DNA of 64,000 bases from Antedon mediterranea. Taxonomy: Eukaryota; Animalia; Echinodermata. The notes beneath the pieces are model-generated. The model ran no database searches and was not told the DNA's origin. It saw nothing but the letters and a program-made list of their open reading frames with translations. How positions within the stretch are numbered: the stretch's first letter is position 1; each line of letters begins with the position of its first letter. Location: positions 24,859,648 through 24,923,647 of the forward strand of contig NC_092673.1 of assembly GCF_964355755.1 (NCBI RefSeq), given 5' to 3'. Shown here one piece after another: positions 27,448 through 40,257 of the stretch. Both the position numbers and the translations under genes were made by a program.

Positions 27448-27744
27448 ACTAGAGGGTACTCCGAGAGTACAAATCTCCGCCTACATAAAATATCCCCGGA
27501 AAATGTATCTATATATTTTTTTATTATTAATTCTAAGTGTAAAATAATAGGCTAACTGCACACTACAAAGTTGTGGATGAGAGTTTGGTGTAATGGTTAT
27601 GTATCCAGTATAATGAGTCATTGGTCATTGTGGCTAAGTTTGGTGAGAATCGAATAAAAACAGTGACCTCCACGCTGTTCACAGACAGACACACAGACAC
27701 ACAAACATGCAGGGGGGAAATATAACCTTCTTGGCGGAGGTAAT
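27448..27744 (-). mobile_element. Second HINE/Helentron-like non-autonomous element
   Basis: Minus strand begins ttacctccgccaagaagg, has a GTCT/GTGT tract and subterminal ggcggag; absent from the paralogous site at about 12385. Confidence 0.55.
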
Positions 27745-28987
27745 TTTAGCACACCCGGTAACGATATCCAGTATACAAATAAGTGCAATGAAGTTGATTA
27801 GTAATCACATGTCGTAAAAAAATGGTATGCACGTAAAGCCTATAACCAGCGTCTGAACGGCCATCAACACGTGTGAACGATTATACTTTTGTTTTATTTT
27901 TTATTCAAGCCCGGGTAAGGATTATATCAGCATCACCATCATCACCAAACCGCCCCCATCACCACAACCACCCCTCCATCACCACCACTAGCCACTCTTT
28001 CATCACCATCAACACCAAACCACCTTCTCACCACAACCACCCCCTCCTTCATCACAATCAACACCAAACCGCCTCCATCACCACAACCACCCCTCCTTCA
28101 TCACAATCAACACCAAACCGCCTCCATCACCACAACCACCCCTCCTTCATCATCATCAACACCAAACCGCCTCCATCACCACAACCACCCCCTCGATGAC
28201 AACAACCACCCCTCGATGACAACAACCACCTCCTCGATCACAACAACCTTCCCCTCCTTCATCACCACCACCACAACCACCACTAACACCGCAGTATTAG
28301 TTAAGTTTAAGTATTATGATATTTCATACAAATCAAACATTGACAATAAGTACATTAACGGTGAACGAATGCCATTTATTTCGGCCACAATATGATAATA
28401 ATAATAATAACAACAATATAAAGTATAGAAAATACATAATATTAATTAGGCCTAGTGTCATGATTATGTTTAAAAGTATCGCAGAAATCTACAGCGTTAC
28501 TGCAGCACCTCTAATGTGAAAACAGACAAGAATATTGACCGTTTTTCAATACTATTCATAAATTAATATTGTTATAGCAGCAAAACATAAAACAACAAAT
28601 ACATGCGGTCGGAATGACTACAACAACAACACAAGTAATAGAGATCAAAGAAACAAATATCCATACAAAAACGATAGTTATATCGTTTTCACTATTATGG
28701 TTTTACACGTAATTGCAGTGAGTGTGATACAAAGTGGCATGTTAAGCTATACTTTCCACTAGGCGAATCGAATCGTATTGACTCTAATGCGCATGCGTAT
28801 TTCAATTTTCATCTACTTTTTGTGCCGTGATAAATGCGAAAAAAAACCCCAAGTAAATAAAATCATGGTTTTCGATTAAGGTTTTACTTTAAAACCACGT
28901 GAATTTAAATCTTTCGTTTATAAGGACATCGAATTAACATGTTTTACGATCATTACTTCCTGTGACAACTTGAAATCAAATCTTACG

Positions 28988-30913
28988 TTAACATACAGCC
29001 ATGTACGCTGAAAATAGAAAATGAATAACGTTAAACAGATCAACCAAAACTAATAAAATAACAAATCCAACATTTGAAAAATCAACGTTTTTAAAGCTCT
29101 TTTTGGCTGATCAACGGATTGATTTGACATTTTTTAGGTATCATAATGTTTTTTTCTCATAACATATTTCTATTTCAAAGTTTTTCAATGATACAATTTA
29201 ATATAAAGAAGTAACCAATTCATACCATGGAGAAATACTTAGTCTATGGTCATCAATAAATTTGACTCATTAAAATGTAAACGCAAAACACAGAAATCTT
29301 ACCTTGTCTGCAATCTGGTGGTACTGGTGTTTCAGTATTATCATCTTTCTTCTCTATTTCTTTCTGTATTTCGTTTCTTTCTTTCTGTATTTCGTTTCTT
29401 TCTTTCTCCTCTTCGTAATTCAATAAACATCCGATCAGTGTTCTTGAAGCTAGTATCTCCCAAACAGGATAACAGATATCTTTCATTTTAACATCTAAAA
29501 AATCGATAATAGGCATTCTGTTACTTTCTTACTCCGGACGTCTCCGAACCTATACAACCATTTTAAACAAAATTAAATTAATGGAGTGAGTGAGTGAGTG
29601 GCCGAGCGATTAAGACAATGTAACCCGTAATCCATAGCCCTTTGGCAACATTTGGTTTAAAGCTCACTCGCTCTATGATTCTGGTGGTAACCGGTCTTCG
29701 TGGATAAGAACTTTAAACCGTAGGTCCCGCCGTACGTGTACACACAATTATCATGTGTAGGCTACCTTAAAGAACCTAGTACATCTTTCCAGACGAGTGG
29801 AGGATTACCCAGATGTACTAGCTCACACAGCCACTGTCGCGGACAGACGAAATAGCGCTGTATGTGTTTAACAGCAATGACATGACGTAACTCTCGCGGG
29901 GAGTCGCATTGAGACGACAATGTTTGTGAAATTCGCTATTTTAAATACATTAACATTAATTAATACATTGTTTTTTTATTTTTTTTTTATTTCTTTATTC
30001 TGATATAAAATCAATAGGATAAAAACACAAAAAAAGTACCGAGACGGCAAACCTATTTCCATTGTGGTCCATTGTGTTACCCAGGCAGAAGCCTGATGGA
30101 AGTGCAATCGTTCACAATCAGCTCGAATTTCGGTTCGATAAAAAACATTGCAAAAAATGGATTTAATGTTTAATTAATTTCGGATTCCGTACAGATAGAT
30201 TTAAACCGGTGCGCTTGGTGCACAGTGGGCGGAGCGATTAGTCTGAAAGCCATTCTATTAGGGAAAAAAGTACGAATTTTATCCAACCAAAATTTAACTT
30301 CTGCGCGCTCGAGAGAAAGTTTTTAAGATTGAAGCAGCGACAACGAATTCGAAATATTAAAACTCATGACCAACAAGTAACAACAAGTTAGAAGTAAAAA
30401 CGTTGACAATTTATTACATTAATTGGCTCAAAATCAAGTACAGAAGTAAGTACGATACGGTATTCATCATCATCACGCATACTTATAACGAATCCACTTT
30501 CTCTCGGAAAGTTTATTTTTTAGGACTTTGGTTATAATAGAATTCTTTCCGTACAATATTTTGTTTCAAATAGTTAACTATCATTATACGTATTAGAAAT
30601 ACGCCGAATGTTTTACAATTTTTTAGGTAGTTTATATCAGCTACCGTACTGCTTTTACGGAATTTCGAGAGCTTTTCTAACTTTCGTAAGTCCTTGATTG
30701 ACACCGAAGTGTTTAAGGTGATATCGTGACTAGTGTTTCCGAACTTCCGACAGCATAACAAAATTAAAATAAGCTTCCCTCAAGAGAATTATAAAACAAT
30801 TATAATTTACCTGCATTATTATTATGTATCCGGACGTTGTTTAAAATTCCAAAAGCATAACAACCGTTGATCATCAGCAAAAAAAGAGCAAATGCAATCA
30901 TTCTGGTCCTCAT
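28988..30913 (-). CDS. Secreted cyclic-peptide precursor, paralog E (104 aa); predicted mature DDNTETPVPPDCRQAYMAVC
   Basis: Exons 30913-30811, 29494-29303, 29007-28988. MRTRMIAFALFLLMINGCYAFGILNNVRIHNNNA / DVKMKDICYPVWEILASRTLIGCLLNYEEEKERNEIQKERNEIQKEIEKKDDNTETPVPPDCRQ / AYMAVC*. Confidence 0.85.
29585..29960 (+). mobile_element. tRNA-derived SINE in intron 1 of E
   Basis: A-box-like tggccgagcgattaag, degenerate B-box ggtttaaagc, about 350-bp body with related reverse copies at 60-320 and about 61860-62070. Confidence 0.6.
30400..30780 (-). mobile_element. Possible Penelope-like element N-terminal fragment in intron 1 of E
   Basis: KDLRKLEKLSKFRKSSTVADINYLKNCKTFGVF resembles PLE ORF N-termini; related decayed sequence lies in intron 1 of B (about 10790-10920) and D (about 26130-26250). 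Confidence 0.35.
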
Positions 30914-31556
30914 TTTAGTTGATGTATAATGCAATACAAAGTGTAGAATAAATTTCTCAGTAGAAGCAATACGCTGGAAATGGTGGATTTCACTAAGAAA
31001 AACTTTACTCTATCATCGTAAAAAATAATGTATAATTCAAACGAACGGAAGTGCCACGTGATGTGCAAATTTTCATAATGTAAATACTTATGTTTTATTA
31101 TTATACCATGTTTGTCATAATAATTATCTTTTCTATTATTGATTTTAGGAAATCCGTTTACAGATTATCAAATCGAAATTGACGTAAAACAACACAATTA
31201 TTTACAGTCTATTTATAGTTTGTCCGAACGATAGCACATACTTTTTTTCAGGATTTATAGTTTCACCACTACCACCAACACCATCAATGCCGCCAACAAC
31301 AACTCCACCACCATCACCACCAACAAACACCACCAACACCACTAAAACCAACACCAACTCCACCACCTCCAACACCGCCACCACCAACACCACCCCCATA
31401 ACCAGCAAGTCGTTAAAGTTGGTTTCGAGCACTTTCGGTGACGACATTCAGTTCATCATTTAAGTTTCGTTATCAAATACTCTTTTCACCCACCCCACCA
31501 TCCAACACTTTCAAACCCCAAACAAGATAAACGTGTAGGCCTATATAATAATTTAC

Positions 31557-31664
31557 AGTTATTCTGAACCGCAAAACGAATGTTGGTTGTGTTATTCCAA
31601 AAGCATAACAACCGTTATAATCATCAGCGAAAATAGAGCAAATGCAATCATTTCTGGTTCTTAT
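31557..31664 (-). pseudogene. Orphan, frameshifted exon 1 of the peptide family with its own upstream block
   Basis: First ATG changed to ATA, with indels; remnants MIAFALFSLM and NGCYAFGITQPTF lie in different frames; GT donor at 31556; no exon 2/3 before gene E. Confidence 0.75.
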
Positions 31665-33266
31665 TTGAGTGGATGTACACAGCAATACAATACTTCTCAG
31701 TTAAAGCAATACGCTGTAAATGGTCTGTTACACTAAAACTGACTAAAAGTTTTAGTATTATTATTATTATTATTATTATTTATTGCCAAAAACCAGTTAC
31801 AAACAAACAAAACACAGAAACTAAGGGAGTAGGCAGGAACCTAAAAGTGAACCTAATCACTATAACAAGAGTTCAGGTTCCGTACTCCCAAAGTAACAAC
31901 AATGATATAAAATAAACTATATAAAAATATTTTTTTGTCCAATATCAATTATACCATCTTGGTCATAATAATTGTGATTTTTATTATTAATAATTAGGAA
32001 ATCTGTTTTACAGATTGTAAAATCGAAATTGAACTAAAATAACACAATCAGAGTCAGAATCAAATATTTATAGTTTTATAGTTTGTGATGTGTCCGGACG
32101 GTGTTTTCCAGGAATTTATATAGTGAAATTCCAGAAATTATGCGTTTTTTTATTTTATGCAGTACACCTATTTTAGTATTGGGAGTTAAGTGTTGTAACT
32201 GGTGTATATAAACTACATTAAGGAAATACATATACCCATCCCCGTTAGATATAATTAGGGGGACCGTGTATTCTGTTGAGACAATTTCCGTAATATAACA
32301 ATTAAATGATTACAATTGCTTGTAAATCCGTCCAAAAATACGAGTGTGAAGGCATGTCAGCGTCTGAACGGATATTTGTTCTGAATTGACAATAAATAGA
32401 GTAAACGAAAACAGTATCATTTATTTAGTTTTTATTAATATAAAAATTCACAACCGTAATAGCATACTGCAGGAATGTAAAGCTTTACTGCAGAAACGTG
32501 AATGTAAAATCACAAGATTTCAATAATATTCTTAATAATTCATAAGAGTCGGCAAAACTTAGCAATGTATTCGATCGGTTGACTAAAACATCTAAATATT
32601 TCATTTTTGTCCAATATCAAAATCGCCTCCGAAACATATAAAACACTGTCAAATCGACAAAGTACATGTACAGTAAAAATCAACTCAATTTTTAGAATTG
32701 TTTAGTAATCAAATATATTATAGTATTTCTGTTTATATAAAGGCCTACATAATTTTCAAGAAAGGAGGACAAGAGGCACCGCAAGGACGTACCCAAGCGA
32801 GTTGACCAATGACAAGCGGCCACAGTTCTAATAATCCATCTCTTGTGATTGGTCAAATGACAACGCAGCGACGTATTTACGCAAAGTGCTGCATTGCGTA
32901 ACCAGAGAAGTGGGAACCGATGACGCAACAGTGCTGCAAACATTGCAGGTTTGATTTCACGAAGGCGGGGCAAAAACAATTATTGGGAGGGCATTTTCTT
33001 ACGTTGCGTCGTTTGCGTTACGTTACGTCGCTAGTGGGAACCAAGCTTAAGCTTTACTGAGTAGTAATTGTTATTATAAAAAGGTATTACAAAAGCTGAT
33101 TAATTATTACCAATCATGTACAATGAGTACCATTTTGGTGCTGAGCATATTTCAACGATTTCACCATCGTTTTCACCATGATTTCACATTATAATTCTCG
33201 CGGCATCAGCAATGTTGATTGGTGCCACGTTGCCAAGTTGACATTTCAGATGAAATGAATTTAAAT

Positions 33267-34424
33267 CTATCGTTTACCACATGGAGCTGGGGCTGAAAAA
33301 TCAAAAAAAAAAGTTGTCGGCTCATGAATAAATCAATTAATGCATTCAGCATTCATAATATGTTTAAAGCTCTACACTATAAAACTATATGTGAACAAAA
33401 ATGTGATGTGATGAACACTACCGTATTTGGGCACATCACACTTTTTTGTCACTAACTAATTTTGATATTGTAGACAGACTTTAACAAACCATAAAATGAC
33501 AAATTGATAATACTGTACATTCAAATGAAGCTATGAAACTATGAAAATATTTTTTCTTAAATAAATTATATTGCATGCAATTAATAAAATCGATTGATGC
33601 AGTTAATCTTAAGCCGTTTTTTTTTTCAGTAGGTGAATTTGTTTGCGATAATCGAAAGCGTCTGCTTATACACATGCGTATTAATGTTTCCATCTTTCAA
33701 ATCCCTCTCTACGCATGCGTATAAGCTGACTCTTTCGATTCGCGCGAACAAATTCGCCTAGTGGAAAATAGGCTTAATGCATTAACGTGTTCAAAATATT
33801 GAAATTTATTTACATACAGACACATTCCGGTTTCCCTCGTTTGAATGTTTTATCCTTCTGTATTTTATTTCTTTCCTTCTGTATTTCATTTCTTTCTTTC
33901 TCATCTTCGTAATTCAATAAGCATTTCATCAACGTATTCGAAGTCAATATCTCCCAAACAGGATAACAAACATCATTTATTTTAACATCTGTAAAATACA
34001 ATATCATCTGACTCATTTATAATTATCATTTTACTATTAGGCTATTTTAAATAACTTATTTCGATATGTTATTTTTCTTCAGAAAAATGAGCCTGCGTCT
34101 CACGTGCCGTGCCTTGGTCTTGAATGGCTGATCAAAAGTACGTCGCAGGTAGCAAATATCATGCAATTTATAACAGCCCATCAATACCCACCCGCAAAAG
34201 TATGTATATAATAATTTACAATTATCCACAAACCTATTAATATTCCAAAAACCAAAACAGTTAATTTTGTTATCCATAAAACATCGTTCAATTTAATACA
34301 TATCTCACCCAAAAATGTATAACTTACTATTATTTATCTCCACGTGGTAGAAAGGTAATCCAAAAGCATAACAACCGTTGCTAAGCAGCAAAAACAGAGC
34401 AAATGCAATCATTCTGGTCCTCAT
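33267..34424 (-). CDS. Secreted cyclic-peptide precursor, paralog F (97 aa); predicted mature GKPECVSPAPC-amide
   Basis: Exons 34424-34328, 33988-33818, 33292-33267. MRTRMIAFALFLLLSNGCYAFGLPFYHVEINN / NVKINDVCYPVWEILTSNTLMKCLLNYEDEKERNEIQKERNKIQKDKTFKRGKPECV / SPAPCGKR*. Confidence 0.85.
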
Positions 34425-34783
34425 TTTAGTCGATGTACACAGCAATACAAAATGTAGAATAAAGTAAACTTCTCAATTTAAGCAAAATGCTGTAAATGGT
34501 TAGTTTCACTAACTATACTCGGCCTCGCTAAAGTATTATACATTATTTAACGAATATAAAAAATGCACGTGTTTTGGCATATGCATTTTCTATTTAATAC
34601 GTAATTTCATCTCGTAAATGGTGTGTCTTATTATTATACCACCTTTTTCATCTTGGTATCTTAATTGAAATCATCAATTGTTACTGGGGACATCCATTTT
34701 ACTACAAACTATTATAAAAATAGCCGACCAATCAAAATTATAGGAAATATAATAAGTGTTATTTAAGGTTTATCCCCAGCGTA

Positions 34784-34996
34784 AAGCGTGGTTCCCATTA
34801 GAACGCAACGCAGCGACGTATTGACACAAAGCGATGTATTGCGTAATTGCAAGTGGGAACCGACGTTCGACGCAACAGTGCTGCAAACATCTCAGGTTAG
34901 ATTTCACGCAGGCGGGGGAAAACACAATTATTGGAACGGCATTTTCTTACGTTGCGTAGGTTGCGTTACGTTGCGTCGCTAGTGGGAACCAAGCTT
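34784..34996. mobile_element. MITE family b
   Basis: TIR aagc(t/g)tggttcccac/ttag...ctagtgggaaccaagctt; relatives at 35284-35456 and about 32770-33047, fragments at about 8120 and 22775. Confidence 0.75.
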
Positions 34997-35283
34997 TAGT
35001 CAATATTATAACCGCTTCTGTATCGAGCATTGATATTGATGTTATCTAACGAAAACTGCATTATGTCCATCTGCCTAATTAACGATGTATGTGACATGAT
35101 ATTACGACGAACTGCCATGAGTAAGAAATCAAACAACATTGACAATATTTAACTTTCACAATAGACAAATATTTATTTTGCACCAACATTTAAATAACAA
35201 AATTACATATTGATTAAACATTAAATATCAGCTAATTTGAACTTGAATCAATGATTTTAAAGACTAAAGAAAGAGCATGACTA

Positions 35284-35456
35284 AAGCTTGGTTCCCACTA
35301 GAACGTAACGCAAGCACGTAAATGCAACGCAAGTGAATTGACCAATCACAAGCGATGGCTTATTCGCTTGTGATTGCTAACTGTCCATAACATCTCTTGT
35401 CATTGGTTACGTTGCGTTTACGTCCTTGCGTTGCGTCGCTAGTGGGAACCACGCTT
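35284..35456. mobile_element. MITE family b (palindromic copy)
   Basis: aagcttggttcccactagaacgtaacgcaag...cttgcgttgcgtcgctagtgggaaccacgctt. Confidence 0.8.
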
Positions 35457-35813
35457 TACTGCGGAGCAGAGCAATCATATTATTGGTTTCGTATTCATTA
35501 TGACATATACGTGTCTATCGCGATCCACAAAAATGTCAACTCTTTTACAAGGAGATGGAATACTGTATTTTGAATATAACTTTCACGTGATACCAATTTA
35601 GGCAAGGATATACGAAGTGTGTAAAAACAACAAAATAGACTGAGGTAAAACAAATACATAAAACAGATAAAACAATACGTGATAGGTACTATCGTGGTGT
35701 TGAGCGTCATTCAGCAATTTACGTTTTCACCGTGGTTCAAACAGTAATTGTACTGTACTAGTGGTATTCCAGTGGCCTATGATGTGTTGCTGCAACGTTA
35801 AATGGATTTAAAT

Positions 35814-36874
35814 CTATCGTTTAGGACATAAAACTGAGCCTGAAAAAAAAAATCATCAATCGAAAATTTATAGCAATTACATTCATTTTTTCCAGGCACC
35901 TGCCTTTATTTCATCTGTAGGCCATGGGCCCATAGATTTACATTATATACAGTAAGGTTGACTCTCTCCTATTTACAATACATTGACAGATTAACATAAG
36001 CATTTACATCTGTTAGTAGTTAGTTAGTAAATAAATAAAATAAATAATTCAGTTTAGTTCAGTTCATCACAAAAATAAATAAATCAAATTATTTATATAT
36101 GTATAAAATCAAATAAACCACATGCTCTTATACATTATATTTGATTTGAAGTTATTCAATAATATAATTAATAACGATTTCTTTTTCAAGGATAATTATA
36201 ATCAATTGTAAACGCAAATCACTAGAAATCTTACTTTGGCATGTTGGTTTTTTTCTTTTCTCCACTATTTCTTTTATTTCTTTCTGTATTTCGTTTCTTT
36301 CTTTCTGTATTTCATTCCTTTCCTTCTCGTCTTCGTAGTTCAATAAACATCTCGTCAACGTTTTTGAAGTCAATATCTCCCAAACTGGGTAACATATATC
36401 ATGAATTTTAACATCTGTAAATACAATTTAAAAAATTACAAATAATGTTATTTGAATGATTAATATTCATTGATTTCGTTTTTTATTCTTCAGAAAAATT
36501 TGCTGACTAAATTTAAAAGTACGTGGGTTGCTGAATATTTTGTTATCCATCAAATATAATCAAACTCGTCTCAACCTCCCCCACCAGCCAACCCCCACCC
36601 CAAATAACAATCGTAGTATGCCTACTGTATATATTAAGTTTCCATTATCCATAAACCTATTCGTATTAAAAAGCAGAACAACTGATGATTGTGTCCATAA
36701 AACATAGTCCAACTCTTCCTATCCACCCCACCAACCTTTCATCCGAAAAATCGTAACTTAAATAATTTAAAATTTACCATTATTTAAATCCACCTGGTAG
36801 AACGGTAATCCAAAAGCATAACAACCGTTGCTAAGCAGCAAAAACAGAGAAAATGCAATCATTCTGGTTCTCAT
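35814..36874 (-). CDS. Secreted cyclic-peptide precursor, paralog G (100 aa); predicted mature (KK)PTCQSSVLCP
   Basis: Exons 36874-36778, 36414-36235, 35839-35814. MRTRMIAFSLFLLLSNGCYAFGLPFYQVDLNN / DVKIHDICYPVWEILTSKTLTRCLLNYEDEKERNEIQKERNEIQKEIKEIVEKRKKPTCQ / SSVLCPKR*. Confidence 0.85.
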
Positions 36875-37242
36875 TTTAGTCGATGTACACAGCAATACAA
36901 AATGTTGAATAAAGTAAACTTCTCAATTTAAGCAATACGCTGGAAATGGTGGATTTCACTAACTATACTCGGTCACGCTAATGCATTATTCAAACGAGTA
37001 GGCCTATAAAAAATGCACGTGCTTCGGCATATGCATTTTCTATTTACTATACGTAATTTCATCTCGTAAATGCTGTGTCTTATTATTATTATTATTATTA
37101 TACCACCTTTTTTATCGTGTTGTTTGTCTTAATTGAAATCATCATTATTATCATATTTATAGGACATTCATTTTACTACAAACTACTATAGAATTAATCA
37201 AACTTTTAGGAAATGTATTTGCAATTTTTGAAGTGTTATTTT

Positions 37243-37563
37243 AAGATGTATTGTCCCCCAAAAACCTGAAAATGAAGATTAATTAAATCAGACTTTGAAT
37301 ATGTTATTTGTAGTTTTTAATAAAGTTAATCACTTCAGTAGAAAAACAAATGAAAACGTTTTTTTTTTTACTTACAAAATGACAAAATAAATTTTGGCAG
37401 CCAATTTGACTATTGTTTGCTTTAAATTACATTTTTTCAGGTAAATACATTTTTTTTCGAACCATTGTTTGATCAAAGTGGATAACTATTATGTTACATT
37501 AAAATGGCATATTCAACGAAAATTTTGTTCAGAATTATTTTTTCACGGGGACAATACATCTTT
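37243..37563. mobile_element. MITE family f
   Basis: TIR aagatgtattgtcccc...ggggacaatacatctt; relatives at about 21458-21813, 26250-26540, 61235-61573 and 63400-63680. Confidence 0.75.
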
Positions 37564-38014
37564 AAGGTTTATGCCCAACGTAAGGTCTCGCCTGAAGGTG
37601 GTATCGCCAACAAACTGTATACACATTTTAGGAATCAGCCATTGAAATGACAATCTGCGCACTGTGTCATGAGTAACATATTGACGATGATGAAAATGTG
37701 TTTTTAACCAGAACAATATTGACAAAAGTTGAATTAAGAATACTATTTATTTGTACTAAAAGATAATATGTAATATTTAAATGTAGTTTAAAACCATGGC
37801 CATCATGGTAACTCTAATACCCATGCTTAGCAAAAATACAAATACAATTTACGCGTTAATTTACGATATGTTAAAAGTTATAACGACATTTTAAACTTAT
37901 AATATACTGCAGTGAACTACCACGGATAATAATTGATACAATATGCCTTCATTGTTGTTGATATTGAAGGCGGTATAATACTTAGGAAACAACAATAGGG
38001 CCTACAGTTACTCC

Positions 38015-40257
38015 AATTCAATAGACATTTATTTACAAAATCTGAATACATACAGTAGGAAAACCAGAAACAGGATTGTACAGAATTATAAAAGTATATC
38101 AGAAAATGAAGGCAAAAGCCCTGAAAGATGTTTGTAACATCTTGTGTTGGGTGAGCCTTAACACAAATAAAAAAAGAAAAGAAATGCATTGAAGAAAATC
38201 ATAATAAATTTCATAATCTAAAATATGAATCACAGAAAAAAAAAATCTGTTGGTACTGCAGATCGAGACATGACCGATTAATAAATATTTAATAAGTAGA
38301 AAAGGTGTATTTTTTTAATTTTGAGAGAAGTATCTTAGGGGAAGCAGATTTTAAAATGGAGGGTGGTAGGTTGTTCCATAGGGTGGGTCCAGAGTATCGA
38401 ATGTTATGTTGGAAAGAATTTGTTCTATGGGAGGGTATGGATAATTTATTTTTAGTACGTGTGTGATGGGAATGATAGAAGGAATTGGAAGTAAATAGAT
38501 AACAAAGATGGTGAGGAAGGATGTTGTTTAAGGCAGAGTAGATAAAAATGGTTTGTTGAATTAAATTGATATCATTAAGTTTGATGAGATTAAGATTTGA
38601 AAATAAATGAGAGGAATGGGAAAGCGGAGGCGCGCCAGATATAATTCTGATAGCCTTCTTTTGGAGGGTATGCAATTTATCAAGGTTTGTGGGGTATGTG
38701 TTGCACCAAACAATATTATAATAACTCAAATAGGGAAGAATCATAGAGCAATACAGGATGCGTAGGATAATAGGGGTAAATATGAAGACAAACGAAAAAT
38801 AATACCAAGGCTTTTGGAAATTTCGTTTTCAGTTACACTAATGTGTGTTTTCCACGTCAGGCCAGAGTCAAGATGGACACCTAAGAATTTTGCTGATTGA
38901 ACAGAGGGGATGTTTATATTTTCAATGGTATGGAAAGTGACGGGTCAACATTTTTTAACTTCTGGGGAGTCCCAAACAGGATGAAGTTGCATTTTTTATG
39001 GTTTATAGAAAGTTTATTAGCAGCAAAGTATTGGGACAACATCTCTAGGTGGGAGTTGTTAGTATTAAACAGAGTTTGGATTTCAGGGTGAGAATAGGTG
39101 ACAGTTGTGTCGTCAGCGTATAGGTAAAAATCAAGTAGGCCTAATGAGGAAGAAAGATAGATATCGTTAATGTACAGAATAAATAAAAGGGGACCGAGTA
39201 AGGAGCCTTGGGGAACACCACAAGTTACATGATTGAAATTAGAGATTGAATTGGAGAATTTTGTGCTTTGGACACGATTAGAGAGGTAACTTTTGAAGAG
39301 ATTTAATGCAGGGCCACGGATTCCATAGTGAGATAATTTGAATAAGAGTATAATATTGTGATCAATTGTATCGAAAGCCTTGGAGAGGTCTATAAAAATT
39401 CCTAATGTGAGGTGACGGTCTTCGAAACCATCAACAATTTTATTAGTTAGGTCGATTAGAGCAGATGCAGTATTGTGGCTTTTTCTGAAACCAAATTGTT
39501 TTTTGTAGAGAATGTTGTATTTATTTTTGAATGAGGACGTACGTTCATAAATCACTCTCTCCAAGGCTTTCGAGAAAATTGAAAGAATTGAGATAGGACG
39601 ATAGTTGGAGAGATCAGATTTGTTTCCGGACTTATAAATAGGTGTAACGCGCGCTATCTTCATCCTGTCTGGGAACACACCATTAGTTAAAACAAGATTA
39701 AAAATATGGGATAAAGGGAAGGAGATCAAATTGGCGACATATTTAATGGGTTTAGTTTTAAAATCGTCAATGCCAGGGGATTTGTTTGTTTCAAAGGATG
39801 TGATAATTTTTATAACTTCCGTCTCATCAACTGGATTAAGAAATAAAGAATTATGAGTTGGATTTGGCAGAAAGTCTTTAACTGAGTTGTTCACATGGGG
39901 AATTTTGTTAGCAAGGGAGGGACCGATTTCTACAAAGTATTTGTTAAAAGCATTACATATTGTATTGGGATCTTTAGTCAGTTCACCGTTACAGTTGATA
40001 GAGATATCAGAGTTTCGATTATTGGGGTTTTTGAGTAGTGAATTGATGGTTTTCCAGGTTGCCTTGATATTATTTTTATGTTTAATGAAAGTGTCCTTGT
40101 AATGTAATTTTTTAGCCAGTTTGACCAAAATATTTAGTTTATTGCGAAATTTTTTGTATGTTTTTTCATTGGCGACAGAAGGACAGTGGAGGAATTTAGA
40201 ATAAAGTTTGTGTTTATATTTAACTGAATTTAGCAATCCATTAGTCATCCAGGACTT
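38015..40257 (-). mobile_element. 5'-truncated, frameshifted LINE (L2/CR1 group) in the 3'UTR of paralog H
   Basis: ORFs 38914-40248 (NYRPISIL, QFGFR, IDLSKAFDTI, GVPQGSLLGP, LYADDT) and 38289-38744 (C-terminal region) in different frames. Confidence 0.9.

Noticed and set aside
29585-29670. tRNA gene
   Set aside because: B-box is degenerate, no convincing cloverleaf, and it continues into a repeated body, so a SINE head fits better
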